Source of the DNA: Halorutilales archaeon Cl-col2-1 | Lineage (GTDB): Archaea; Halobacteriota; Halobacteria; Halobacteriales; Afararchaeaceae | DNA: 64,000 nucleotides | Reading direction: 5' to 3' | Assembly (NCBI GenBank): GCA_041891055.1 | Contig: CP169074.1 | Location: forward strand, 1,792,001 to 1,856,000 | In this document: one piece after another, positions 20,994 to 32,112 of the stretch | Layout of the letters: every line of letters starts with the position of its first letter | Position numbering within the stretch: the first letter of the stretch is position 1 | The notes under the pieces: generated by a model | Databases searched by the model: none | Told to the model about the DNA's origin: nothing | The model's input: only the letters and a program-made list of their open reading frames with translations | Position numbers and translations under genes: made by a program

Positions 20994-21695
20994 ATGAGAA
21001 TCGGAGACGTCGAAGTCGAGTTCTATAATGACTCCGTCTATCTCCCCGAGACTCAGACTGTCGGAGTCAGCGACCTCCATGTCGGAAGGGAAGCGGAGGC
21101 ACACGACGAAGGGGTCTCTATGCCTCTCTACGAGTCGGAGACACTCGAAGACAAGCTGAGGGACGTACTCGCCGAGTTCGAACCCGAGACTGTCGTATTC
21201 AACGGCGATGTCCTCCACTCTTTCGGGAAGATACGAGACAACGCCGAGACGGTCGAACGTCTCGCGGCTGTCGTAGAGTCATACGACTCCGAGTCAGTCT
21301 TCGTTGAGGGGAACCACGACAGCATGCTCGACTCCGTAGTAGAGACACGCAGGTTCTACGAGGCAGACTCCGGGGTCGTATTCACCCACGGTGACACGAT
21401 TCCTGCCGACCTCCCCCCAGCAGACCTCTATGTCGTGGGGCACGACCATCCGACAGTCGAGATAGAGATGGAGAAGACCAACTGCTACATCTACGGCGAC
21501 TTCGAGTCGTCGAAGGTGCTGATGCTCCCCGCTTTCAGCCCTCTCTTCTCGGGGGTCGCCATAAACGAGATGTCTTCTGCCGACTTAATGAGTCCCTTCG
21601 TGCGCAACCTCGATGAGTTCCAGGTCGCAGTAGAGAAGGAGAAGGGCGAAGTCTTGGAGTTCCCTCGTCTGAGGGAGTTCCGGCGTATGCTGTAG
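20994..21695 (+). CDS. Metallophosphoesterase
   Basis: SDLH, NGD, GNHD, GHDHP. Confidence 0.88.
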   Translation: MRIGDVEVEFYNDSVYLPETQTVGVSDLHVGREAEAHDEGVSMPLYESETLEDKLRDVLAEFEPETVVFNGDVLHSFGKIRDNAETVERLAAVVESYDSESVFVEGNHDSMLDSVVETRRFYEADSGVVFTHGDTIPADLPPADLYVVGHDHPTVEIEMEKTNCYIYGDFESSKVLMLPAFSPLFSGVAINEMSSADLMSPFVRNLDEFQVAVEKEKGEVLEFPRLREFRRML

Positions 21696-21741
21696 AAATT
21701 AGAACCCTTATGTGACTGGGACGGGAAGTTGTGGTTAATAG

Positions 21742-22332
21742 GTGACTAACTCGATGGGCTCCTCAGATACTGACACTGATGCTGATACTGAAACTGAACC
21801 CGGTACTACTGACACAGACATCGACTTAGAAGAGGCTGACGCCGACGAACTCAGGCAGGAACTCCAGAAGAAGGAGGAGACCGTAGAGGATCTTTCGTCG
21901 AAGCTCGACGAGAGGCAGAAGGAGATCGAGGATCTCGAAAGCCGTCTCAAGAGGGTACAGGCGGACTTCCAGAACTACAAGAAGAGGGCGGAGAAGAAGA
22001 AGGAGGAGTTCTCTAAGTACGCCACAGTCGACCTCGTCTCGGAGCTTCTGACTGTGAAGTCGAACCTCGAAAGGGCTCTCGACGAGGAGGGCGACATACG
22101 TGAGGGCGTCGAGATGGTCAACAACGAACTCGACCGTATACTCGAATCCGAGGGCGTCGAGAGGATAGACACAGAGGAGTTCGACCCCGAGGTACACGAG
22201 GCGATGATGCGTGTCGACTCCGACGAACACGAGGAGGGCGAGATAGTCGACGTCTACGAGGACGGCTACGTTATGGAGGACAGGGTAGTCCGTCCCGCGA
22301 AGGTTACAGTCGCGAAGGGCGACGACGAGTAG
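21742..22332 (+). CDS. grpE: Nucleotide exchange factor GrpE
   Basis: ADFQNYKKR, FDPEVHEA, RPAKV. Confidence 0.95.
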   Translation: MTNSMGSSDTDTDADTETEPGTTDTDIDLEEADADELRQELQKKEETVEDLSSKLDERQKEIEDLESRLKRVQADFQNYKKRAEKKKEEFSKYATVDLVSELLTVKSNLERALDEEGDIREGVEMVNNELDRILESEGVERIDTEEFDPEVHEAMMRVDSDEHEEGEIVDVYEDGYVMEDRVVRPAKVTVAKGDDE

Positions 22333-22387
22333 AAGAAACTGCCAAAGTTTTTAAATAACGGGAGTAATAACTTGAGGTAAGTACAAC

Positions 22388-24313
22388 ATGACAACCGAGA
22401 AGATCGTAGGAATTGATTTAGGTACGACGAACAGTGCGATGGCTATCATGGAGGGTGGCGACCCCGAGATAATCGAGAACGCCGAGGGCGAACGTACTAC
22501 TCCTTCAGTCGTGGCTTTCTCCGACGACGGCGAACGTCTCATAGGGAAGCCCGCGAAGAACCAGGCGGTTCAGAACCCCGACAAGACCGTACAGAGTATC
22601 AAACGTCACATGGGTGAGGACTACGAGGTCGAGATAGACGACGACACCTACACCCCCGAACAGATCTCGGCGATGACTCTCCAGAAGCTCAAACGCGATA
22701 CCGAGGACTACCTCGGAGAGGAAGTCGAGAAGGCTGTCATCACCGTCCCCGCTTACTTCTCAGACGCACAGAGACAGGCTACTAAGGACGCGGGCAAGAT
22801 CGCTGGCTTAGAGGTCGAGAGGATCGTCAACGAGCCGACTGCGGCGGCGATGGCTTACGGACTCGACGACGAGAGCGACCAGACCGTCCTCGTATACGAC
22901 CTCGGAGGAGGAACCTTCGACGTCTCGATACTCGACCTCGGAGGAGGAGTCTATGAGGTCGTCTCGACGAGCGGTGACAACGAACTCGGAGGAGACGACT
23001 TCGACCAGGCTATCATAGACTGGCTAGCTGACGACTTCGAGGAAGAGCACGGAATCGACCTACGTGACGACAAGATGGCTCTCCAGCGTCTCAAGGACGC
23101 CGCCGAGGAGGCGAAGATAGAGCTTTCGAGCCGTAAGGAGACGACGATCAACCTCCCGTTCGTCGCCTCGGACGACTCGGGTCCCCTACACATAGAGAAG
23201 GATCTCTCACGTGCGAAGTTCGAGTCGATGACAGAGGATCTCGTCGAGAGGACGATGGGACCTGTCGACCAGGCGATAGAGGACGCCGGCGTTGGAGTCG
23301 ACGGAATAGACGAGATAATACTCGTCGGAGGATCGACACGTATCCCGGCTGTGAGGGAAGCCGTAAAGGACAAGATAGGAATGGAGCCGCGTAAGGACGT
23401 CAACCCCGACGAGGCAGTCGCACTCGGTGCCGCGATACAGGGTGGAGTCCTCTCGGGAGAGGTCGACGACCTCGTTCTCCTCGATGTTACTCCACTCTCG
23501 CTCGGCATAGAGACGAAGGGTGGAGTCTTCACACGTCTCATAGACAGGAACACTACGATTCCGACCGAGGAGTCGAAGGTCTTCACGACCGCTGTCGACA
23601 ACCAGACGAGCGTCAACGTCCGTGTCTTTCAGGGAGAACGTGAGATGGCAGAGGACAACGAGCTACTCGATGAGTTCGTTCTTTCGGGTATCCCGCCCGC
23701 ACCCGCCGGAACCCCCCAGATTGAGGTCTCTTTCTCGATAGACGAGAACGGAATCGTCAACGTCGAGGCTGAGGACAAGGGAAGCGGAGAGTCGAAGTCG
23801 GTCACGATAGAGGGCGGCACCGGACTCACAGACGAGGAGATAGAGGATATGGTCAACGAGGCGGAGAAACACGCCGAGGAGGACAAGAAGCGCAGGGAGC
23901 GTATAGAGGCGCGCAACGCCGCCGAGAGCGCTGTCAACAACGCCGAGAGCATGCTCGAGGACAACGAGGAGGATGTCAGCGATGAGACAGTCGAGAAGGT
24001 CGAAAGTGCCGTAGACGACGTCGAGGAAGTCCTCGAAGACGAAGACGCCGACAAGGACGAGATCGAGTCCGTCACCGAGGATCTCCAGGAGGCTATACAG
24101 GAGATAGGAAAGGAGATCTACGGCGGGCAGGAGGCTCAGGCAGGCGCAGGTCCTGGTGCGGGTGCCGCTGGTGCTGGCGCGGGTGCAGGACCTAACCCCG
24201 GCGCTGGCGCAGGACCCGGTGCGAGCGCAGGCGGTGCCGGAGCCGGAGACGCCGACTTCAACGACGTCGACTTCGAGGACGTAGACTCAGACGCCGACGA
24301 AGAAGACGAGTAA
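22388..24313 (+). CDS. dnaK: Chaperone DnaK
   Basis: [27 protein letters not shown]. Confidence 0.98.
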   Translation: MTTEKIVGIDLGTTNSAMAIMEGGDPEIIENAEGERTTPSVVAFSDDGERLIGKPAKNQAVQNPDKTVQSIKRHMGEDYEVEIDDDTYTPEQISAMTLQKLKRDTEDYLGEEVEKAVITVPAYFSDAQRQATKDAGKIAGLEVERIVNEPTAAAMAYGLDDESDQTVLVYDLGGGTFDVSILDLGGGVYEVVSTSGDNELGGDDFDQAIIDWLADDFEEEHGIDLRDDKMALQRLKDAAEEAKIELSSRKETTINLPFVASDDSGPLHIEKDLSRAKFESMTEDLVERTMGPVDQAIEDAGVGVDGIDEIILVGGSTRIPAVREAVKDKIGMEPRKDVNPDEAVALGAAIQGGVLSGEVDDLVLLDVTPLSLGIETKGGVFTRLIDRNTTIPTEESKVFTTAVDNQTSVNVRVFQGEREMAEDNELLDEFVLSGIPPAPAGTPQIEVSFSIDENGIVNVEAEDKGSGESKSVTIEGGTGLTDEEIEDMVNEAEKHAEEDKKRRERIEARNAAESAVNNAESMLEDNEEDVSDETVEKVESAVDDVEEVLEDEDADKDEIESVTEDLQEAIQEIGKEIYGGQEAQAGAGPGAGAAGAGAGAGPNPGAGAGPGASAGGAGAGDADFNDVDFEDVDSDADEEDE

Positions 24314-24319
24314 AACTAG

Positions 24320-25519
24320 GTGAGACAGGTGACCCAGAGCTACTACGACGTACTCGGCGTCTCGAAGGACGCCTCGGACGACGAGATCAAGGAGGCGTAC
24401 CGTGAGAAGGCGCGTGAGTACCACCCCGACATAAGCGACCACGACGACGCCGAGGAGAGGTTCAAGAAGGTACAGGAAGCATACGACGTACTCGGTGACG
24501 ACGACGCCCGTCAGGCTTACGACCAGATGGGTCACCAGAGGTTCGAACAGGCGAAGAAACAGGGCTTCGATCCCTCCGAGGACGGCTTCCAGGGTGCAGG
24601 TGCGGGTGCGGGTGCAGGAGCCGGTGGATTCGGCGGCGGTGCTGGAGCCTCCGGAATGGGAGGCTTCGAGGATCTCTTCAACGACCTCTTCGGATTCGGC
24701 GGAGGTCGTGGACGTGGCAGAGGCTCCGACAGGGGCTCCGACGTCGAGACGACGGTGACGATAAGCCTCGAAGACGCATTCGAGGGGATCGAACGCGAGG
24801 TGACCTACTCCCACGACGTGACGTGTCAGACTTGTGGAGGAACCGGAGCGAAGGATGACTCAAGCGTCCACACGTGTGAGACGTGTGGCGGACGCGGAGA
24901 GGTACGTCAGCAGCAGCAGACTCCGTTCGGCACGACGACCTCAGTACGTCCGTGTCCCGACTGTGGCGGATCGGGGCAGATAATCGAGGAAGAATGCCCC
25001 GACTGTAACGGACGCGGGAAGAAGACCAAGACTGAGACGACGAGGGTACGTATACCCTCGGGAGTCGAGGACGGCACCACTCTGAGAGTCTCGGGCGGAG
25101 GAAACGCCGGAGAAGCCGGGTCACGTGACGGCGACCTCTACATACAGGTCGAGGTCGAGGATCACGACAGGTTCGACCGTGAGGGCGACGACATCTACTA
25201 CACACATCCCGTGAGCTTCCCGAGGGCGGTCTTCGGGGGCGAAGTCAGAGTCCCGACACTCGACGGCGAGGTCGAGATGGAGGTACCGTCGGGTACACAG
25301 AGCGGAGAGAGATTCCGACTGCGCGACAAGGGTATGCCTCGTATGAGGGGACGCGGACGTGGAGACGAGTACGTCGACATACAGGTCGTGACCCCCGATC
25401 CGTCCGACCTCAACGACGAGGAGACCGAAGCCCTGAGACAGTTCGCCGAGGCTGGCGGCGACGAAATCGAGGTCGACGAGGGCTTCTTCGACAAGATCAA
25501 GAAGATGAGCGGGCTTTAG
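24320..25519 (+). CDS. dnaJ: Chaperone DnaJ
   Basis: HPD J-domain, G/F region, four CxxCxGxG. Confidence 0.97.
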   Translation: MRQVTQSYYDVLGVSKDASDDEIKEAYREKAREYHPDISDHDDAEERFKKVQEAYDVLGDDDARQAYDQMGHQRFEQAKKQGFDPSEDGFQGAGAGAGAGAGGFGGGAGASGMGGFEDLFNDLFGFGGGRGRGRGSDRGSDVETTVTISLEDAFEGIEREVTYSHDVTCQTCGGTGAKDDSSVHTCETCGGRGEVRQQQQTPFGTTTSVRPCPDCGGSGQIIEEECPDCNGRGKKTKTETTRVRIPSGVEDGTTLRVSGGGNAGEAGSRDGDLYIQVEVEDHDRFDREGDDIYYTHPVSFPRAVFGGEVRVPTLDGEVEMEVPSGTQSGERFRLRDKGMPRMRGRGRGDEYVDIQVVTPDPSDLNDEETEALRQFAEAGGDEIEVDEGFFDKIKKMSGL

Positions 25520-25530
25520 CTTAGACGTAT

Positions 25531-25951
25531 CTATCCATCTCCCGACACGACTTCCTCTAAGAACTCGTCGGGCGTGACTATCTCTATCCCATCGAACTTG
25601 TGTAGACTCAGAAGATGTGAGTCGCCTGATATGATATAATCCGCGTCGGCACTGACTGCGGCTTCGATAAAGATGTTGTCTGAGGGATCGTCTTCTATCT
25701 CGTTAATCTCAACGTCCGGGAGTACGAAATCCGCGAAGTACTCGATGGTCTCCTTCTCAGAGGTCACTTCGTCAGACTCCATTCCAAACTTGTCCTCGTA
25801 TTTCAGAAGGGTCTCCTCGAACTCCTCTGACCGTCTCGGGTGAGACTATCAACGTGTACTCTCCTTTAAACCCCGCTACCACGACATCGTGGCTCGTACC
25901 TGTGGATATGACAGCCGATATAAGTACATTAGTGTCGACGACAGCCTTCAT
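25531..25951 (-). pseudogene. Frameshifted PIN-domain toxin
   Basis: MKAVVDTNVLISA starts at 25951; one extra base near 25828 separates it from EEFEETL...DDPSDN...ISGDSHLL. Confidence 0.8.
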
Positions 25952-26208
25952 ACTCCTCTCTTTTCGTGCACGAGATCCTCTATCTCGCTGAGAGGTATCT
26001 CGGTTTCTTTCTCACGTTCTTCGACCCGCCTCTCGAACTCCTCTATAGAGGGTAGGTCTATCTTCTTGAGTACTATTCCGTGCTGTGTTGGAACTGCGAG
26101 AAGCCTGTCACCCTCATCTATTTCGTACCTCTCGCGTAACGAACTCGGTATAGTTATCTGACCCTTTGAACTGACTGTGGCTATCTCCGTCTCGTTATCG
26201 GCGCTCAT
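25948..26208 (-). CDS. AbrB/MazE-family antitoxin
   Basis: VSSKGQITIPSSLRERYEI; ATGA overlap with the PIN gene. Confidence 0.88.
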   Translation of the reverse strand: MSADNETEIATVSSKGQITIPSSLRERYEIDEGDRLLAVPTQHGIVLKKIDLPSIEEFERRVEEREKETEIPLSEIEDLVHEKRGV

Positions 26209-26249
26209 GGGTAAGAATTCCTTACTTGTCTGGATAACTCTTGCGGCGG

Positions 26250-27083
26250 TCAGACCCCCATACGTCCCAACACGAACGCCCCCATCGCCGCGAACATTCC
26301 CACTTTGAGTAGCTTCTGACCCTTCGACGGGTTCTTCCAAGAGATGAGGCTTCCGGCTAAGAGAATCAGGTCGCCGGGCACTACACCCACGAGGTAAGCG
26401 AAGCCGAAGATACCCTCTATGTACGGAAGAGGGCTAAGACCCACTGCGACTAAGACTGAGAACGACGCGAGTATTAGTGACTTCTTTTCCCCCCAGATTA
26501 TCGGAAGAGTCCTCGCACCCTCCTCGCGGTCGCCCTCTATGTCCTCAACGTCCTTGACTATCTCTCTGCCGAGAGTCGCGAGAAGACCCAGTACGAAGAG
26601 GACTGCTGTGTACTCGACTCCTCCGACGGCTGCGCCACCGAAGAGAAACGCACTTCCCGTGAGGTAGGCTACGACGAGGTTTCCGACGAGGGGGACGCGT
26701 TTGAGATGTGACGAGTAGGTCACGAGCGCGGTCAGGTTGAGAACACCTATCCCTATCGCGAGGGGCGGAAGAGACAGTACGACGAAGAACGCGAGTAAGA
26801 ACAGAGACGACGCAGCCCCGAGAGCCTCCCTCTCCGAGAGACGTCCGCTGGGTATCGGACGGTCGGGACGGTTCACGGCGTCTATCTCGGCGTCGAAGTA
26901 GTCGTTGACTGCGTTTCCCGCCCCGGTTGCGAAGACTGTCACCGTCGCCGCGGCTACTGCGGGCACTAACGAGAAGCCGCCTATAAAGCTTCCTATCACA
27001 GCGGCGAAGCCCGCGAAGACCGAGTTGGCGGGACGTGTTATCTCGATGGCAGCCTTCGCCTTCTCTTTCGGTATGGATCTCAC
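26250..27083 (-). CDS. Digeranylgeranylglyceryl phosphate synthase (UbiA family)
   Basis: NDYFDAEIDAVNRPDRPIPSG, REIVKDVEDIEGD; GTG start inferred. Confidence 0.9.
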   Translation of the reverse strand: MRSIPKEKAKAAIEITRPANSVFAGFAAVIGSFIGGFSLVPAVAAATVTVFATGAGNAVNDYFDAEIDAVNRPDRPIPSGRLSEREALGAASSLFLLAFFVVLSLPPLAIGIGVLNLTALVTYSSHLKRVPLVGNLVVAYLTGSAFLFGGAAVGGVEYTAVLFVLGLLATLGREIVKDVEDIEGDREEGARTLPIIWGEKKSLILASFSVLVAVGLSPLPYIEGIFGFAYLVGVVPGDLILLAGSLISWKNPSKGQKLLKVGMFAAMGAFVLGRMGV

Positions 27084-27176
27084 TGGTGTTGGGACTTCGT
27101 CGAGACGTCCCTTTTTAGCTTCGTTTCCACTACGTTGTACCGTAAGTAGTAATAAGTCTGTTTGCAAGTATGTAAC

Positions 27177-28103
27177 ATGGCATTCGGAGATGTCGACAAG
27201 ATATGGATGGACGGAGATCTCAAGGACTGGGAAGACGCTCAGATACACGTCCTTTCACACGTAGTCCACTACGGAAGCGGCGTCTTCGAGGGAATCCGGT
27301 GTTACGACACAGTCCGAGGACCCGCTGTCTTCCGACACCGTGACCATTATGAGAGGTTCCATAACAGTGCCGACGCACTCGGTATAGACCTCGACTACTC
27401 GGTCGAGGAACTCGTCGATGCGACCCACGAGGTCATAGAAGAAAATGGCTTAGAGTCGTGTTACATACGTCCCGTCGCATTCTACGGCTATAACTCTCTC
27501 GGAGTCGATCCCTCCGACTGTCCCGTTCGGACAGCGATCGCTGCCTGGCCCTGGGGAGCCTACCTCGGTGAGGACGCCATAAAGAACGGCGTCGAGGTTC
27601 AGGTCTCATCGTGGAGGCGGTACCACTCGTCACAGATGCCCACCACAGCGAAGATCAACGGCGGCTACGTCAACTCGCTCCTCTCGAAGACAGAGGCTCT
27701 CGAACGTGGATACGAGGAGTCGATAATGCTCAACAAGGAGGGTGACGTCGCAGAGGGAAGCGGGGAGAACCTCTTCATGGTCGACGACGGAACTATCTAC
27801 ACTCCGGGTCTCGGATCGAGCGTCCTCAACGGCATAACACGCAGGAGCGTCGTCCAGATAGCGAACGACCTAGGATACGAGGTCGTCGAGAAGAGTATCT
27901 CACGTGGAGAGCTCTACAACGCCGACGAGCTTTTCTTCACGGGAACCGCGGCGGAGGTCACTCCTATACGTAAGGTCGACGACGTCGTCGTAGGCGAGGG
28001 TACACGTGGTTCTATCACCGAGGAGATACAGAGTACCTTCTTCGACGTCGTCGAGGGAGAACGTCCCGAGTACGACGCCTGGCTAGACTTCGTCGACGAG
28101 TAA
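27177..28103 (+). CDS. ilvE: Branched-chain amino acid aminotransferase
   Basis: HYGSGVFEG, EGSGENLF, GITR, GTAAEVTP. Confidence 0.95.
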   Translation: MAFGDVDKIWMDGDLKDWEDAQIHVLSHVVHYGSGVFEGIRCYDTVRGPAVFRHRDHYERFHNSADALGIDLDYSVEELVDATHEVIEENGLESCYIRPVAFYGYNSLGVDPSDCPVRTAIAAWPWGAYLGEDAIKNGVEVQVSSWRRYHSSQMPTTAKINGGYVNSLLSKTEALERGYEESIMLNKEGDVAEGSGENLFMVDDGTIYTPGLGSSVLNGITRRSVVQIANDLGYEVVEKSISRGELYNADELFFTGTAAEVTPIRKVDDVVVGEGTRGSITEEIQSTFFDVVEGERPEYDAWLDFVDE

Positions 28104-28217
28104 AGATCCATCTATTCTGTCTTCTGTCTCGTCTTAGTAGCTGCTCCGCTACTCTCTTTCAGCTAAAAAATAAAAACAAAACGAAAAACGGAAAGCTGTC
28201 TGTTCTACTGTTCTACT

Positions 28218-29681
28218 CTACGACGCTGAGCCGTTCTGAGCCTGCTCGATTGCAGCCTGTGTACCTTCTTCCTGTATCGTCTCTAGACTTATGCCCATCT
28301 CTTCCCACCACGTCTGGTCGGGTCTGGGCGGATTGTGGTCTATCCAGGCTGAGACGTTCGAGTCAGGTACCTGACTCTCGTTGAGCCAGTCGGGGTACTC
28401 GTCAGAGACGTCTTCGTCTCTGAGAGGCTGGTCGTACCTCGACACGTTGAGGTCTTCGAGCATGCTCTCATTGATCGGCTGATCCGACCCGACCGGTATT
28501 CCGGCGACGAGTAGCTTCTTCGTCATCGGGTTGATGTCGTAGCCGAGCTTGTGCTGGAGACGGTCGTAGTAGAGCGCCTCGTTCCTTATTCCAGAGGAGT
28601 CGTTCATGGGCGTCGATGTGGGCCAGTCCGCAGGGTGACGGTCTAGGTGCGGACGGTTGTGAGCATTCACGAAGCCAGCGACGTCCTGGGCGTCGCTCCA
28701 GTTGGTGAGGTCATGCGGCGAGTCGTACGGCATAGCCTCACGTATGAATGCTGTCGACGTGTAGAGACGGCTCATACCCGCTCCGTCGCTGTAAGATCCA
28801 CTTCCCCATATGGGTGGGTACTGTGATCCACCGAGTAGTCCCTGTCCGTCGTTGCCGTGACATCTCGAACAGTGTTCGAGGTAGAGCTTCGCACCTCTGA
28901 CAGGGTTTGTGTTCTGAACGGGCTTGCGCTCCTCTGCTTCCTGCTTCTTGAGATGTCTCCAGTAGGGCTCTGTCTCAGCAGGTGTTCCCTTGCCGAGCCA
29001 GATCATGTAGCTCTCCATCGCCTGTATCTCCTTGCTCTTCAGTGCAGGAAGTTCGCCAGCAGGCGAGTTGGGTCCTCCATCCATGCTACGGAGGAAACAT
29101 CCCGTGATACGGAGACGCATGTTACGCATTCTGTAAGTACGTCCCGTCCACTCGGGGTAGCCCGCCGAGGTTCCGACGAACGGAATCAGGTTGATGTCCT
29201 GTCCCACCATTCCGGTGGTAGTCGGAAGGTCACCTCCACCGTGGCAGTTAGCACACGAGAGGTTGTTTCCGACGTACTGAGGCATCTCCTCCGAAGTGTT
29301 TGCCATGAGGCTACGTCCGTACCTGATGAGCTCTCCACGTCTGCCGCCAGGCATCGTGGAGTCGTTCATCTCCTTGGGAACGAACTTGTACTCTGCCCCT
29401 TCTACGCTCGCGTTTCTGTGCTTGAGCCCGCCGGCGTTCCTGATGTCCTCATCTAACCACTTGTATCCCGTCCACGTTCCGGGAAGTGACGTCGGCTCAG
29501 CCTCCATGCCGCCGTTCATGTCCTGCCCGTCATCAGGGGTGTCGTCAGGTGCGCCGTCCCCTCCGGTATCACCGTCGGGCGCGCCACCGTTTCCTCCGCC
29601 CCCCATACATCCTGCTAATACCAACACTGCAGCCAGACCGGCTATAATAGCTATCTGTTTGCGTCTTGACGATCTACTCAT
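28218..29681 (-). CDS. Diheme c-type cytochrome lipoprotein, TsdA-like
   Basis: LAGC lipobox; CANCH and CSRCH; RITGCFLRSMDG; YPPIWG..SY.DGAGM. Confidence 0.8.
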   Translation of the reverse strand: MSRSSRRKQIAIIAGLAAVLVLAGCMGGGGNGGAPDGDTGGDGAPDDTPDDGQDMNGGMEAEPTSLPGTWTGYKWLDEDIRNAGGLKHRNASVEGAEYKFVPKEMNDSTMPGGRRGELIRYGRSLMANTSEEMPQYVGNNLSCANCHGGGDLPTTTGMVGQDINLIPFVGTSAGYPEWTGRTYRMRNMRLRITGCFLRSMDGGPNSPAGELPALKSKEIQAMESYMIWLGKGTPAETEPYWRHLKKQEAEERKPVQNTNPVRGAKLYLEHCSRCHGNDGQGLLGGSQYPPIWGSGSYSDGAGMSRLYTSTAFIREAMPYDSPHDLTNWSDAQDVAGFVNAHNRPHLDRHPADWPTSTPMNDSSGIRNEALYYDRLQHKLGYDINPMTKKLLVAGIPVGSDQPINESMLEDLNVSRYDQPLRDEDVSDEYPDWLNESQVPDSNVSAWIDHNPPRPDQTWWEEMGISLETIQEEGTQAAIEQAQNGSAS

Positions 29682-29871
29682 CTGTTATACCACTACGGTG
29701 TGGCTTCTTCTTCCTTTAACATAAATACTTTGACTAATACCCGTACAACCACGTGGTATTTATGTGCAATTTGCATATAAGTCGGGTGGGTTACGGGCTG
29801 AAACCGGCGCGTAAATACAATACGTTAGTTATAACCCTGTCGAAGACCCCGTCTACATAAGTGACAGAAGA

Positions 29872-31137
29872 ATGAGGAAATTACGAGTTCTAGTTCTCGT
29901 AGTACTCGGTCTAGCTCTGACGGCTTCTGCGGCTTCTGCGGCGGAGCTCAGGGGTGAGGTGAGTATAGAGAACGACGTGAATTCGGGGTATAACGTGACT
30001 GTGACTCCTCTCGACGAGAACTTCCAGAGCGTAGCCAACTCGTCGACGACACAGGTTGAGAACGGAAGCTACGTCTTTGAGGACATAGCCGACGCTGAGA
30101 GCTACTTCCTGCGTCTCAGCTATCTGAGGATGTCACATTACAAGCTGATAAACTCGACCGACCAGGGTGACTTCGTTCTCAACGAGACGGTTAGCGGTGA
30201 GGTAGTGAGACCCAACGGCTCGAACGTCACTGGACGTGCTATTAACATCATGAATAGCCAGGGTCTGATGGTAGGAGCGAGCCTGACACGTCTCGACGGC
30301 AGCTTCTCCTTCGAGCCTCTCCAGCCCGACAAGACCTACACTGTCGAGGTCATAGCTGACCAGGTTCCGTATAGGAAGAAGGTGACTACGGGGGTCAACT
30401 CGACGAATATCTCGATAGAGGTGACACCACCTACCGACGACATAGGCGTTATAGAGTCGAGTGGTGGACAGCTCGCTGATCACGTCATACAGGTCTCGAA
30501 TACACCGCCTGCGAATATGACCGACGCTTCCGATGACGCGTCTCTGTATGTAATAGAGACGATGAACGTCATCAACACGGCTGACAGACCCTTCCAGGGA
30601 CGTCTTGAGATAGGTGTTCCTGAGGATTCGCAGCCCAGTGCCGCGATGCTCAATAACCAGAGGGTTCCCTACGAGCGTGAGGGCGACACAGCTTACATAA
30701 ATACGACTATCGCCGCGGGACAGACTGCACAGATAGGTATCGCTTACAGCATACCGAGTTACAGCCTGTCGAAGGCGATAAAGTACGACACGGGAACCGT
30801 CGCAGTCGTACCGAGAGGAGGATACACGACCGATAACCTCGACTACTCCGCAAATCTCGTCGTCGGAAACGCTCCGATTCCGATGCTCACGAGTTCGCGT
30901 GAGATCAGTAGCGGCGAGGAAATCTCGGTGACATTCCCCGAGACACCCAACGGCACCGCCTCAGGTGACACCGGAGATACTGGAACCGGTGGAGACACAG
31001 GTGCAGGCGCAGGCACAGGAGGAGACGGATCGGGACAGAACGGCGGAGACGGGGGATCGAGCCTTCCCCTAACCACGATAGGTATAGCAGTCGTGGCTCT
31101 GATCGTCGCAGGAGTAGTCGTCTACAAGGTTCTTTAG
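29872..31137 (+). CDS. Exported surface glycoprotein with C-terminal TM anchor
   Basis: Signal peptide, many N-x-S/T sites, Gly/Thr linker, terminal TM. Confidence 0.75.
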   Translation: MRKLRVLVLVVLGLALTASAASAAELRGEVSIENDVNSGYNVTVTPLDENFQSVANSSTTQVENGSYVFEDIADAESYFLRLSYLRMSHYKLINSTDQGDFVLNETVSGEVVRPNGSNVTGRAINIMNSQGLMVGASLTRLDGSFSFEPLQPDKTYTVEVIADQVPYRKKVTTGVNSTNISIEVTPPTDDIGVIESSGGQLADHVIQVSNTPPANMTDASDDASLYVIETMNVINTADRPFQGRLEIGVPEDSQPSAAMLNNQRVPYEREGDTAYINTTIAAGQTAQIGIAYSIPSYSLSKAIKYDTGTVAVVPRGGYTTDNLDYSANLVVGNAPIPMLTSSREISSGEEISVTFPETPNGTASGDTGDTGTGGDTGAGAGTGGDGSGQNGGDGGSSLPLTTIGIAVVALIVAGVVVYKVL

Positions 31138-31165
31138 ACGGGGATAGGCTACTTTTTTCTATGGT

Positions 31166-31669
31166 ATGACAGACACCGTACGTGAGACTGTCGAGGAGAT
31201 ACGTAAGAGTCTCAGCCGGAGAGACGAGACCCTCGCAGTCGCCGAGTCGTGTACGGGAGGTCTCGTCTCGTCAAGACTGACTGACTACCCCGGCTCATCG
31301 TCTTTCTTCGAGAGAGGATACGTCGTCTACTCGTACGGTTCACAGCTTGAACTCGGTGTGAGAAGGGAGACACTCGACGAGTACGGTGCTGTGAGTAAAG
31401 AGACAGCGCGCGAACTCGCACAGTCAGTGCGTGACTCGTCAGGGTCGACGTGGGGAATCGCAGTCACGGGAATCACAGGTCCTTCGGGCGGTACCCACGA
31501 CAAGCCCGTCGGGACTGTCTATACCGCCGTCGCCTACTCGGGCGACTGGGGAACCTGCGACTCCTTCACGTCGGTCAGAAGAGACGAGTACGACGGCGAC
31601 AGGAGACAGATCAAGAAGAAGATGGCGGAGGGCTGTCTCAGACATCTCCTCGACGAGATTGAGATCTGA
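31166..31669 (+). CDS. CinA/PncC-family protein
   Basis: AESCTGG, GSS.FF, TGITGP.GG..KPVGTV. Confidence 0.9.
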   Translation: MTDTVRETVEEIRKSLSRRDETLAVAESCTGGLVSSRLTDYPGSSSFFERGYVVYSYGSQLELGVRRETLDEYGAVSKETARELAQSVRDSSGSTWGIAVTGITGPSGGTHDKPVGTVYTAVAYSGDWGTCDSFTSVRRDEYDGDRRQIKKKMAEGCLRHLLDEIEI

Positions 31670-32069
31670 GGACTTTCCTGACCCCGGCACCCAAGCCGTA
31701 GCTCAGACTTCCAACTCCTACTCCGATAACCACACCCCAGACGACGCCTCTCGTGACGAAGAATACGCGACTCGGGTCACGTCTCACCATTCCCTCCGAG
31801 AAGACTGCCGTCCAGTACGAGAGAAGCGGAGACATAGTAAACAGCCACGAAGACACCAGACCCGCTCGGAGAAACCCCGCCGTAGCTCCGCCAACGACGA
31901 GAACTACCGCGACTACGTTGACCAAGACGAGACTACTGTCGGGTATCAGATTCGCTTCGGTTTTGAGTTCGAGGAGTAGAACCGACGTAACCCCGAGAAA
32001 CCAGACTAAAGAGACGAGGAGGTACTTCCTGCGTAGACTGTCTCGGGTGCCGAGTAGAACATCTCTCAT
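31638..32069 (-). CDS. Membrane hypothetical protein
   Basis: Several hydrophobic segments; start uncertain. Confidence 0.5.
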   Translation of the reverse strand: MRDVLLGTRDSLRRKYLLVSLVWFLGVTSVLLLELKTEANLIPDSSLVLVNVVAVVLVVGGATAGFLRAGLVSSWLFTMSPLLSYWTAVFSEGMVRRDPSRVFFVTRGVVWGVVIGVGVGSLSYGLGAGVRKVLRSQSRRGDV

Positions 32070-32112
32070 GCTGTCATACTCCGAGGGGGTGAAGCGAGGC
32101 AGTTCTGTGAGT

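Noticed and set aside
24130-24250. Gly/Ala-rich repeat in dnaK (also in dnaJ and at 54620-54750)
   Set aside because: Ordinary low-complexity linkers.
1392-26238. Shared 11-mer TGTCTGGATAA upstream of two TA modules
   Set aside because: Only two short copies with no consistent spacing; could be chance.
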